From assembly GCF_006345805.1 (NCBI RefSeq), contig NC_043011.1, forward strand, positions 58,230,464-58,263,463: a stretch of 33,000 nucleotides of DNA, in the 5' to 3' direction. Of this stretch, positions 1-11,602 are shown piece after piece. A program made the translations under genes and the position numbers. Position 1 is the first letter of the stretch. Every line of letters begins with the position of its first letter. This stretch comes from Octopus sinensis. Lineage: Eukaryota. The notes below the pieces were generated by a model. The model was not told where the DNA came from and searched no databases. It worked only from the letters and a program-made list of their open reading frames with translations.

Positions 1-386
1 CATCTAATAAACACTAATCCCAAACAAAGCTCAAGTGACGGGGGGGGGGAAAGTGTAGACCACACACCAATATGGAAGGCTGCTTCTATGTGGTGTGTAG
101 ACAGGGTCATTATAGATCACGTCTACAAAATGGTGACCAACGGACTGTCAGAAAGTAACGCTAAATCGATCCACTTCTTGATTAAGCCGTTAACACTTTA
201 ATGATTAATACTGACGAGTTGAGCTATTTCTCGATTCGATTTACCGTATTGATAACAATCGACTTCTTGCCCGCATGTAAGGTTATCTTTTTCTTTACTT
301 TTAATAGTTTCCGTAATTGTGTTTAAATATAAATGTTACAACAGTTCTATATTTGAGAGATGAGGAATTATGTATATTATTTACAT

Positions 387-783
387 TCAACACTTCGCAA
401 ATATCTCCTTCGAGTAAAACCACCAATAGAAGAGAATATGTCCAAAAGACTGCGTGTACTCTATCCCATGCAGCTGTGGTAGGTTATAAAAAGGCGAAAC
501 ATGTCGCCCCCTCAAAATAAGGGTTGAGGAACATCACAAAGCTGTGATACGAGGGGACATTGATAAATTGGGTATAGCTGATCATGTATGGAAAAATGGA
601 GACCACCGGCCCCGGTGGGATGAAGTTAAAATAATAGACAGAGAACAGCAGTGGAAAATACGAAAACTAAAAGAAGCAGCACATATGCTAGGACACAACA
701 ACCTCCTAAGCAAACCGAGTGCAGATATGAGCAACATATGGGAACCGGTATTGAGGAAGGATAGGAACATATTAGATTTATAA
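387..783 (+). mobile_element. Penelope-like retroelement, degenerate GIY-YIG endonuclease (3' end of ORF)
   Basis: Manual translation with one frameshift near 447 and one stop at 487-489: STLRKYLLRVKPPIEENMSK/DCVYSIPCSCGRL*KGETCRPLKIRVEEHHKAVIRGDIDKLGIADHVW...WDEVKIIDREQQWKIRKLKEA. This has the CVY..C.CG..YxGET.R.L..R..EH signature of PLE endonucleases. Confidence 0.9.
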
Positions 784-919
784 GCCCTAAAATTCACTCC
801 ATAATTGGTTTTATCTTGAAGAGTTCGGTTAAACAAACGAAAACCCTAATAAAGCATTATTCTGACTGCCTCCTTTTTCTTAATATACAATATCTGTACA
901 CCACTTCAAACACTCTATG

Positions 920-998
920 CATACATACATATACACATACATACATACATACATACATACATACATACATACATGTATGCATACACACACATATATAT
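920..998. repeat. (TACA)n/(CA)n microsatellite
   Basis: Directly visible simple repeat. Confidence 0.95.
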
Positions 999-1524
999 AA
1001 ATATAACAGAAAATAATAAAAGAGTTTATGAACCCCAACCCTACCTTTTTGGGGGCATTTAGCACCATGTAACTGGTTCCTTCTGAGATTTGTTTCTCTA
1101 CGTGGTGAAGAGAATTTATAGCCATAGGGAATTAAGGTTTGGGAGAACATCTAAAAATATTTATTTATGACCAGCCGCTAGATGTGAACTGTCAACTCCA
1201 ACTACTCTTAATTCGCAATAAATGCAGTATGGCAGCTGCATAAGGTATTTTGATGATGAGGAGGAGGTAGATGAAAATTGGAAATGATTTAAGATTCCAT
1301 GTCCGCCACTGTGATCCCCTTATGCCACTCCAAAATTGTAATTATTTTCTCTGTTGGTTTGTTTCTGCTACAATTGTGGCAGCATGGAACTCTTTGATTC
1401 TGTAGCTCTGAGGAAATATTTGCTAAAACTTAAAATAGATTATCCTGTCTGTTGAAAAGTTATAGTTTTGCAACTCAAGACGGCAGTATTGCATTGATAC
1501 GTTGAAATCATTGTTACTTATTTC

Positions 1525-1527
<3 letters not shown>

Positions 1528-1609
<82 letters not shown>
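1528..1609. repeat. (AT)n microsatellite
   Basis: About 40 AT units with one phase slip. Confidence 0.95.
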
Positions 1610-1612
<3 letters not shown>

Positions 1613-2134
1613 TGTGTGTGTTCATGTGTCCATGCGTATATATTTTTGTATGTATGTATATATATATATATTCATTTTGAATTGATAAAAGGTGTTTTTT
1701 CTAACTTTTTATATATATTGATATATATATAGAGAGAGAGAGAGGGAAAAAAGGATTGAGAAAAGGGGAAGGGATAAAAAAGAACAGAATATATAGATTG
1801 GGAATAGAAAAGCAGTTTGCTCTTACATGTGCCGTCTTGTCTTTATTTTAGCGATTGTACAGAGGGAAACTGAAATCGTTATTGAGATTGAATTATACGA
1901 TGGCGTTTAAAATATGGAAGTGAAAATAAAGGCTGTTTTAAATCACATCAAATAACTTGCTGTGAATAAATATGTCAGATAATTTATTACTATTTACATT
2001 TGGAATTGCTTTAAAGCATAATCAAACAGAACTGTAATGGCGTTGTTCTACGATATAAACCGGAGCCAAACTTTAAATTTCAATAACGAGAAATATTTTT
2101 AGGAATTACATATTCTACGCGTTGTAACTGATTA

Positions 2135-2437
2135 AAGTATGGATGCAATGCCATCGAGATGAGGTGGAGAAGTTTTACAGGCCATTCCCTCAGCAGAGCT
2201 TAGGACATGCTAGAAGCCAAAGGCAGAAGACCATGAAGTTGACTGTGGAAGCAGTTGAGCTTGCCTCAAAGTGCCTGTGGATCAATAGGTGAGAGTACTT
2301 GAATGAGCGGTACTACCAGAGGTAATGGTAACAACACGGAAACTGGGTGGTGAGAAACCAGACTGGGTCGCTCTAAGGAAGATGTTGAAAGATCCGAAAC
2401 TCATAATAATCATAGGAAACATCACTAATGATATGTC
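2135..2437 (+). mobile_element. 3' remnant of an RLE-type non-LTR retrotransposon, Hero-like
   Basis: Frames give KYGCNAIEMRWRSFTGHSLSRA*DML and MKLTVEAVELASKCLWINR*, resembling the PxEVGCRGFxGxSL...EAAExASRWLWxxR C-terminus. The downstream ctgggtcgc...gatgttgaaagatccgaaac...acatcactaatgatatgtc resembles the Hero 3' UTR as I recall it. Confidence 0.65.
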
Positions 2438-4116
2438 AAAAAGATTCAAAGCATGATGTATGGAAAGCTCGAAATAATTTTCATATTATAATCGTAATCA
2501 AGTAGTTATGTTGTCATTGGATATCAAAATATCTCTCACCCTACACGAATATATTTTGAGCTATGTTGCTATCCTGTATCTTTCTATATTTCGGAATACA
2601 TTATTCAACATACACATTCTTAAACAATGTAGATTAATGTTCATGTGCGACTTGATTGAGAAATCTATCAAAATGGTGGAAAATTATGAGGGTCGTCGAA
2701 GCTGGAAAAAAAAAATTTAGCACAACGAGTTTGTCATGAAAAGTAGATTTTCTTGGATCAAGTGAATATGCTTAACCGAATATCTTTAAAGAGCCGAATT
2801 ATATTAAATTAATTTCATCGATTAAATCACAAAATTAGTTTTAGATTAGAATAGAACTTATGAGTATTTTTCTTTCGATCTATGAATCAAAGCAGCAGGA
2901 ATAGAATTTTTGGCATCAAATACTAATAAAAGTTTGTTCAAATGTAGGCGCTAGCAACAATAAAATAGATAAATAAAAAATAGAAGGAAAATTAGAAAAA
3001 ATGCTTATGAAGAGACAAGTTAATTTAGTTAGACCTATAGAAGACAGATGGCGGCAAATTTTGTCTTATTTTGTTGTGTTGCGAACAAAGTTTTAAGAAT
3101 CTTGATGCGTTTTCCCTCCGTCCTGCAATCAGTCAGGCATTCATGCACTGAGGGAAACGAACAATGAAACTTTTTTCCGTTGATCGAGACTAAAAGATGA
3201 AATCCAGAAAATACACTCACAAGTTTTAACGAATGGTTCCATTGGGATTCTGATGTTGTTAATTTTCCTTACATTCAGTCAGGCTTCGCTACATAACTTT
3301 TACACCGTCTTTCATTAAAAGAAAATTTCGAATCTATTGATAAATTTTCATGGATACAACACGACAAAACTTGGACCACAGATTCTAAAAATACGCTACG
3401 TGATGGCACCAAGTTAAGTATATGCTATGTATATGCGTCTGCGGATTACATAGTTCCTGCTGTATGCAATAATTATCATCACTTTTCCTGTTGCTTAAGA
3501 AACGTAACCATGCTGGAGCAATGCTACTCATGCTTAGTCATAACTAGATCAATATTGATTCACGCTTATTGTGTTTATTTACTGCAATGCTGTTTATAGG
3601 ACAAAAACATATCAACGTAAGCAAATCTTTATTCATTATGCAGAAGAAAACTCCAAGATGAGAGAGGGAGTTTTGATGTATTTGTAGTTTAGTGTGTATT
3701 TGTTTTTGTGTGTTTAGAATTAAAATCCTAAACAAATGAAAGAGAATACGAGGAAAGGCGAATAAAATTACATTTAGCTTTCGCACAAATTACGGACATG
3801 AGAAAACCAGACGCCATGACGAAGAAATACAGTTCCTCAAAGAAATACAAAATTTCGTATAAATCCCATAATTATCGAGATAACGGTTTCCATCATTTCA
3901 GTACCAAAGGTATTTAGTCACTTGGAAAAAAGAAGGAGAAAAGGAAATGAAAGGAAGACTTAGATATACTTCTGAAATCTTCTTAGGTCATCTTAGATGT
4001 TTTACATTTAAATTTGAACTTTAATCCTTAAAAAGATAAACTGATTATTAGTAAATATCAAAAAGATCGTAAGTATTATAAAACGCAATGACACCCGATA
4101 AATACACACACATTCG

Positions 4117-4396
4117 TCTGTATGTATGTATGTATGTATGTATGTATGTATGTATGTATGTATGTACGTACGTACGTATGTATGTATGTATGTTTGCGTA
4201 TCTATGTATGTATATACGTATATACACATATATATATATGTATATATACATATATGTATGGATGTATATATGTTGGTGTATATATGGCAGAGTTCAGTGT
4301 GTCTATGGGTATATTGTATATGTACATACACATAAATACACGCGCGTGCGCACACACAAAAATACACAGACTGAGAGTGAAACTAGTTAAGATGTA

Positions 4397-4452
<56 letters not shown>
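4117..4452. repeat. Compound (TATG)n/(TACG)n/(AT)n microsatellite tract
   Basis: Directly visible; explains the ORF-track entries at 4008-4454. Confidence 0.95.
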
Positions 4453-4456
<4 letters not shown>

Positions 4457-4627
4457 ATAAATATTAGGGCATAAATCCAAATTTACAGGGAAAAATCAGA
4501 TTTAGGATTGAATCCAATTTTATAGTAAAATATTATATTATATTAATTAGAGACAATATATATATATACATATATATGTATATATGTACATACAAAGTAT
4601 GTACGTGTGTATAGAAATATAAAAATG

Positions 4628-4667
<40 letters not shown>

Positions 4668-5086
4668 CATGTGTGTACTTAAACTCGCACGCAGGATCGT
4701 GTTCACTAGAAGATGTTGTTTATTTTATATTGTTTTTTATATCACAGCCAAGAAATGACACGCTTCCAACACACCTAATTTTTCATTTAATTTTGTAGAA
4801 AAGTGTTAAATATTCAAATTTCATTACCATATTTCTTCATTAATTCTTAATATTAATGGATTTATAATTAGAAAGCTGTCAAAGAGTTAAAGCGGGTACA
4901 AAGATGCTGGCAAAAATTCCAACCCGAATCGAAACCAATCCGCTGCTGTTGCCGCGTTTTCGGTGTATGAACAGAGCAACTTATAGAACAATAGCTATGA
5001 AAATAAAATTTAAAAAAAACACCTGAAGTATTAATGTAATCTATGCAGGCATTCCAATATGTGAGACATATTATTCACTTCATAAA

Positions 5087-5282
5087 GGCGGCAAGCTGGC
5101 AGAACCGTTAGCACGCCGGACAAAATGAGTTCAAATTCCGCCGAGGTCGACTTTGCCTTTTATCCTTTCGGGGCCGATAAATTAAGTACCAGTTACGCAC
5201 TGAGGTCGATGTAATGACTTAATTCGTTTGTCTGTCCTTGTTTGTCCCTTCTGTGTTTAGCCCCTTGTGGGTAATAAAGAAA
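5087..5282 (+). mobile_element. tRNA-derived SINE, family 1 (GGCGGCxAGCTGGCAGAA head), internally deleted
   Basis: Collinear with the copy at 12941-13170 but lacks about 30 nt after 'aaaatg'. B-box-like GAGTTCAAATTCC; A-rich end. Confidence 0.85.
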
Positions 5283-5399
5283 CACGTATTCCCTTCAGTT
5301 GAATACCATGTAACAACGTTTTCCATTATCAAGCTGTAGCCGCCAGTGTCTTGATGGAAGGAGACATAGGACCGATTATCCGGTTTCTAGGGTAGATAA

Positions 5400-5560
5400 A
5401 TGATCAAAACATTGTCCTCCGTAACTGGACGCTAGTCAGTCGTAAGGTCACTCACGGTTGCGTGGACGAAAGCAGCATAAAATGAAGCGTATCGCTCAGG
5501 AATACAACACACTGCCCGATCTGTGAGTCGAAACCATGATCTAGCGATTGCCATGCGCGA
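5400..5560 (-). mobile_element. Old SINE fragment related to family 3
   Basis: Minus strand reads ggtttcgactc (B-box-like) then gtgttgtattcctgagcgatacgcttcatttta, matching gtgttgtgttcttgagcaagacactttatttca of the 14045-14387 copy. Confidence 0.5.
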
Positions 5561-5906
5561 GGATATTAATGCGGTGTATTGATACTTTATTAAGATATGA
5601 TATTTTTTAACAGCTATTTATAATTGATAAATAGATATTTGATATTTTTTGTTATTTCTTTGATAGAGAGTCAAATACGGTGTTAGAAACCACAAACCTA
5701 TTCCTTCACCTATAAATAATAACGTAAACAAATTCGAGAACATTCTATTCGTGTGTTATAACAGTAAAAAAAGCTTCTATTTAAACAGGTTAGAACGTAT
5801 TCTATTCTTCAGCTACAAGACTAAGAACGCATTTATTTACCAATGAAATACAGAATTATAGCTGAATTATCATTTATTTATTATATATATATATATATAT
5901 ATACTA

Positions 5907-6260
5907 CGAAAGCTGTTAGCACATAGCACAGTAGAACCAGATTGAAGCTAACACTAATTTCTGTGTTTAGTAGTGCTTTCTGGCAAATACGATCTTATTT
6001 GCCAAATAAGGTTCGAAAAACTAACGGCAAAGTCTTTACTCATTGGTGTGTGCGTGAAGTTAACACGATTGTATACATCTCTTGGGGTTTGTGAAGCTGA
6101 CATCATTATATTCAGTTAATAAGATTTTTGGAGTTAACATACTTTTCGTTACCTAATATTGCTTGTGAAGCTAACACCATTTATCTAATTAAATAGTGTT
6201 TGAGGAGACATTTTTACACATCATATACCTTATGTACTATTAGTATTGAAGCAGCTAAAT
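5907..6260. repeat. Highly degenerate 37-bp period minisatellite with conserved TGAAGCTAACAC motif
   Basis: Motif variants start at 5943, 6055, 6092, 6129 and 6166 (spacing 112, 37, 37, 37); weaker copies near 5907, 6016, 6201 and 6247. Confidence 0.6.
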
Positions 6261-6535
6261 TAGTGACTAATAGTAAATAGATAGCCCAGATCAATAAATG
6301 ATAACTTCTTCCTTATGTGCTTTAGCTCAGCCAAACCCTGACCTACCAGATCTCTGATCAAATATGTTTCTATGAAGATATTGTATGTTATAACATTAAT
6401 CGGTGATTACTGAACAATTTGGGCGCTAATTTAAGTGATAATTAATATTCACAGAAATGTAGTAAAGAAACACTACCAGGAGAATTGTCGATGCTTTGAA
6501 CACATTTCCACCATGTTATTAGCTCTTTAATAAAG

Positions 6536-6720
6536 GTGAAGGAATCTGGCCCGGTGGCTCGGAGTGTTTCACATATAGTAACAGGAGTGTAGTTTCGACT
6601 CCCGTATCAAGTGGTATGTTGTGTTCTTGAGCCAAACATTTTATTTCACATTTCTCCAGTTCACTCAGTGGTAGACGAGCAACTATACATCGAACGGGTG
6701 TCCCGATCCAGAGCCATGTT
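6536..6720 (+). mobile_element. Old SINE, family 3 head and core
   Basis: gtgaagg..tggcccggtgg (A-box-like), gtttcgactcccg (B-box-like), atgttgtgttcttgagccaaacattttatttcacatttctccagttcactcag; aligns to the reverse complement of 14250-14387. Confidence 0.6.
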
Positions 6721-7394
6721 GCAATCTCATTCACTTACACGCCATGGTAACTGTATAAGAAGTTTAATGAATCCTAGGAGATAAGATAGCAATGAGCAGG
6801 GGTTAATGATTTCGGGGAATATAAAATATGTAAGGATTTGTCGTTAGATTAAGTTCCCCATCTACATTAAAATACCGGTAATGTTATGCATAAAATGGCA
6901 ATAATTTATTGGTGTTATATAACGATAATCCTCTTTTTTATGTTGTTGTAGTTGTTGATCCGTTGGAAGCGAACCCTGAAACACGCAGAGTTATGATGAT
7001 AGCATATCTAGCCGTGACTGTCCCATAAAATTTCCACACGGAGTTGGCATCACTGATTAATGTAACCTCTTGATTCAGGATTTAGGGTTATTATTTCGAA
7101 GAGAACATGGTCGTAATTCGTTTCTAGCCAAGTATCAGACAGACGATCAGCTTCAACTTGATTACTTTAAATAAGAGTGGTCGTAATTCCTAGGAAAAAA
7201 TCTACTTGTGACCTACTACTTGTATAGAAGAATGTCAGAGCTTCTGAAGTGTACGTATACAGCTACAACATATCGAATGGACCATTAAAATAATCAAAGA
7301 AAAACATTGCAATTATGCAAACATGGATAAATGCAGTCATATCTATGGGTTTACATACCTGCCTCTACATGCCTACCTGGTAACACACTTTTTA

Positions 7395-7511
7395 ATCTAC
7401 ATACATCCATAAATACATATATAAGTACATGTGTTCATGCATACACACATAGATTATTATACTCACACACATACATAGATGCACACACCTATGCATGTAT
7501 GTATATATACG

Positions 7512-7560
<49 letters not shown>

Positions 7561-7593
7561 GTATGTATATACATATATATATATATGTATATA

Positions 7594-7639
<46 letters not shown>

Positions 7640-7644
7640 GTATG

Positions 7645-7690
<46 letters not shown>
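7395..7690. repeat. Compound (AT)n/(TACA)n microsatellite
   Basis: Directly visible; explains the ORF-track entries at 7331-7770. Confidence 0.95.
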
Positions 7691-7692
<2 letters not shown>

Positions 7693-7844
7693 AAGTCTAG
7701 TGATTATAATGTTTCACGTATCTTTTTTCTGCTCGTAAAATCTCTGCCAAAGATATACATTACAGTTTAAGGCCTAAACTTGTGTAATTTGCAGCAGTAT
7801 AAAATGTGTCTCTGAAATGATATTTGTAATAAAGAAATGTATTT

Positions 7845-8305
7845 ATCGGTCTGTTTGCAAGACAATATTTATATTATGCATTATTGCTGGAAATAAAACA
7901 TTGATTTTCATGGCCAGAAGGATTGAAAAAATTGATGTTTCGTGCCATCGATATAAAATATGGATGTAAATGGGATTTATCACAGCCATATATTTAGCAA
8001 AAGTATTAAGAGCATAAGTGAAATAGCAATGAGCAGGGATCGAAAATGAGTGACCAGCTGTGATTAGCAGTTTCTCTTTGCATATGTGCTGTAACACTTG
8101 TTACCGTGTGTACATCTCACTTGCTGAGAATTATAAATATAGTTTGTGATGAATATTTCAATGACGATTGGAATAGCAGTTCTCTCATTGCTAATCAATT
8201 CCCTGGTTGCTGTAATACTTACAGAAAATGCTAAATCAATCCATAGCTCAACGGAACTCTTGGGAATATAACCTGTTGTAATGAGAAATACGATGCATAA
8301 AAATG
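7845..8305 (+). repeat. Old local duplication I, copy 1 (partner about 22290-22715)
   Basis: Identical 20-mer attgctaatcaattccctgg (8187-8206 = 22585-22604) plus collinear blocks aaatagca..gggatc, gcatatgtg..cactt and caatcca..tcaac..aatata.cct..tgta..agaa..acgatgcat; roughly 60-70% identity. Confidence 0.75.
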
Positions 8306-9884
8306 CGTAACATATATAAAAACTTAAAGGTTGGTGTAGACGACGAAACTATTTACAAAGCCTTGTGACGTAAGCAAATGGTAGAAAAACAAATAATCGC
8401 CATTTCTATTGTCCTATGACACTTTAGAATTAATATTGGCGAAAACGATGTGATATAAAAACCCATAAAATACATCAAGACTATCTTATGTTTAGATAAA
8501 TATGCAGACAAAAGTAATTTACACATACTTTCCTTTGCATGTCTTCTCATGTTATCAATAATCTGAGGATAATAATTGTTATATATCATAGAACAGGACA
8601 CACGAACATACATATCTATAAATCTATTCATGTGCACATGCGCATACGAACCACACACATACCACACACGCACAGACATATCTTGACGAGACGATGTTAT
8701 TACATGTATAAACACACACACATATATATATATATATGTGTGTGTGTGTATGGACGTGTGTGCATATGTGACAAATCAAATAGATTTAATTCAGCATATT
8801 ACACAAGTATGGAAGGATGCTATATTAATTAAATCTACTCTCTAAATGAAGATGCAGAAATGTGATTGATTGCCATAATGTCGTTTTTCTGAGCCACGAA
8901 GAATCTATCACCTTTTCCGCTTTATTTATCAGCCTAATAGCCGATAGTTGAAAAAAAATATCGGTCTTAAAGAGTTGAAGTTTTTAATATTTTGTCTTTG
9001 ATTTCAATGTTTTAGTTTATGGATGGTAACATATAGTGGCAATATATGTTGCACTTCTATCTCCCCTCTAATGTTAATGGATTCTTCCAATGAAAAATGC
9101 GGGTGAAAACTTGTGAAATTTCTGGATTAATCGTATCTTTTACATTTCTAAGCTTGTGTTATTGTCAGTTATTCATCGACTACTGTTATTTGCAGCATTC
9201 ATTTATACATTTATGGAATATTTAGGGTCAGATGGAGAAGATATATCGAATAAGAGATCCTGTATGACGTTTGAAATCACAACATAGGGAAACATTTAGA
9301 TATTGCCTATTCATGCAGGGGGTACGCTTCACCATGAAAGATAATCACTTCTGGAAACATTCCGTCAAGGAGATTGCCATTCTTCTTTATGATCAGAAAA
9401 AACTTTAATTGCCAACGATGACTGACTGTATAATTCCAATGAAGAAACACAATAGCAAAACAGGTTTGATATCTGGGGCGCTGAACGTTTCAAGACAACA
9501 AAAAGATATCCGTTCAGTCGCACGTTGTTTCGTACCCAGGAAACAAAGTAGACGCATATCCAACCCCGAAGAAGAAGCCCTAAAATATAGGACACTAAGT
9601 AGCATGTGACTGAATGAGGATATTATCGTTCGGAATGTCCCTAATTATAGATTTACTCAATAAACAATTAGTGACGGGTCAATGAATTTGATCCACAAAT
9701 TGGTATTGGAGTCATTCTCTCGTTGATTCACTTCGCATAAGTACCCGTTTAATGTGTATCAAATTATAACCACACTATGACCAAGTCAATATCCAAAGAT
9801 ATATTGTATATGATAAAATGCCCCACTCGCAATATCTTGGAATATGAACCTCATAAACGAGAAGTTATTTAGAGTAAAACTAAA

Positions 9885-10274
9885 TCTTTATATATAAAAG
9901 AAAGGTTGTGTCTGTCTACTCCGATTTAGATTCCTACCTAATCCCACATTTTGCGGTACAGTTTAACCAAAACCGGGTATCTTATAGTCGTGATTCATAT
10001 CGAGCCCTTCTGGGTATTAGCGCGCGTCTACGATGAGTCTACGATTTTAAAAATAATTTACCACATTTTTTTCCATTTTAATGCATATTTTTTAAATATA
10101 AGGGAAGTAACTCTCTAAAAATGTCTACAATGAGTCAACGATTTAAAAAAAAATTTACCATAATTTTTTTTTCATTTTTAATGCATTTTTTGCTATTTTT
10201 TGGCTATAACTCTCTAAAAATGCTTTATAGTTATTTCCTTTACCAACCCGAGCAACGCCGGGCGATACTGCTAG
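9885..10274 (+). mobile_element. Non-autonomous Helitron, 390 bp, complete
   Basis: 5' A|TCTTTATATATAAAAG; 3' GC hairpin cccgagcaacgccggg (10247-10262) then CTAG|T; no TSD; internal direct repeat of about 97-bp period; second copy at 19025-19398. Confidence 0.85.
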
Positions 10275-11195
10275 TCCCTAATAAATTAAATGTGCGTGAT
10301 GAATAAGAAATTTTAAGCTTCCATATGGCGTATTAGCTTCATTAACCGTGGAAGATACAATGATTGATATGTAACTTAATGAAGAAAGCTTAAGATAATC
10401 ATAAGCGTCATTTCGAGTATAGTTATTACGAATTGACATACAATTCTAAATGTCAGCGTTTTGTTTAACACCTCCAAACGGCTAACTAAATGTCAGCACT
10501 TTAATAAAATCTGATGGTAAATCTGTGACGAACAGATATAAAGAAACATGTATTGTGACTTGGTAGTTCAAATGTTGTATACTGAAATGCGATGCAGCTC
10601 TTAATATGGATCACCTGTTGGGTGGAAAAGAATTTACAGCTAACGTTGACACGATGTTTTATAGAATCTTATCATTAAAACTAAAATATGAAAAATAGTA
10701 AGCGAACATTTTATTAACGTATGTTACGACGTTGTTCAGTGTTTCCTGATTCGAGTGACAGCGACGCTATTATGGTGTATGATTTGCTCAGAGAAATATT
10801 AATTAGCAAGGATAAAACAAAGGTTGCCTGAAAATTTTCATGAAGAATACGAAGTAAATAAAAGAAAAACATAATGTTTTATATTTATTTTATGTTTAAT
10901 CAAATATATTTGTTTCTGTTGCATGATCTTCTATGAAGTGAAATGTAAACTTTTAAACTGATAAATGCTCACTATTTAAGCAAGTCAGCCATTCTTGTTA
11001 TTGTATTACATAACAAATAATGGCGTTTAACCCGAATAACTAAATATCCATGGCTGCTGGGCCACACGATTCTATACAAACAACTACATTATCTAATGTT
11101 TTTTTCTCTCCCGTTGTTATTGAGATAATGCACTATCGTGTTTTAAGCTTTCGAATTTAGAACCTAAATTCTAAAGGTTCCCGAATACAGCAAGC

Positions 11196-11602
11196 AGTAT
11201 TCTCTTCTATTCTAGGCGCAAGGCCCGGAATTTTTTTTTGGGGGGGGGGGGCAGTCGATTAGACCGACCCCAGTACGCAGCTGTTATTTAATTTATCGAC
11301 CCCAAAAGGATGAAAGGCAAAGTGAACCACAGCGGAATTTGAACACAGAATGTAAAGACAGACGAAATACCTATTTCTCTACAACACACAAGGGGCTAAA
11401 CACAGAAGGGACAATCAAGGACAGACAAACGGATTAAGTTGATTAAATCGACCCCAGTGCGTAACTGACCCTTAATTTATCGACCCCGAAAGGATGAAAG
11501 GCAAAGTCGACCTCGGGGAATTTGAACCCAGAACACAAAGAGAGGCGAAACACCGGTAAGCATTTCACCCGGCGTGCTAATGTTTCTGCCAGCTTGCCGC
11601 CT
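11196..11602 (-). mobile_element. Dimeric family-1 SINE with 10-bp target-site duplication
   Basis: Full left monomer plus a right monomer starting ggtatttcgtc; the gtcgataaattaa core occurs twice; tacagcaagc at both 11186-11195 and 11603-11612. Confidence 0.9.

Noticed and set aside
5907-6260. CRISPR array interpretation of the 37-bp periodic motif
   Set aside because: Eukaryotic context, repeat only 12 nt and variable, linkers retain mutual similarity, no cas genes.
6786-6801. 16-mer atagcaatgagcaggg identical to 8023-8038 (possible third copy of duplication I)
   Set aside because: Similarity extends only weakly upstream and not downstream; a single 16-mer match in 33 kb of AT-rich DNA is borderline by chance.
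9365-9609. Three overlapping ORFs and a minus-strand acceptor in a slightly GC-richer patch
   Set aside because: No recognisable motif in any frame and no convincing matching donor before a stop.
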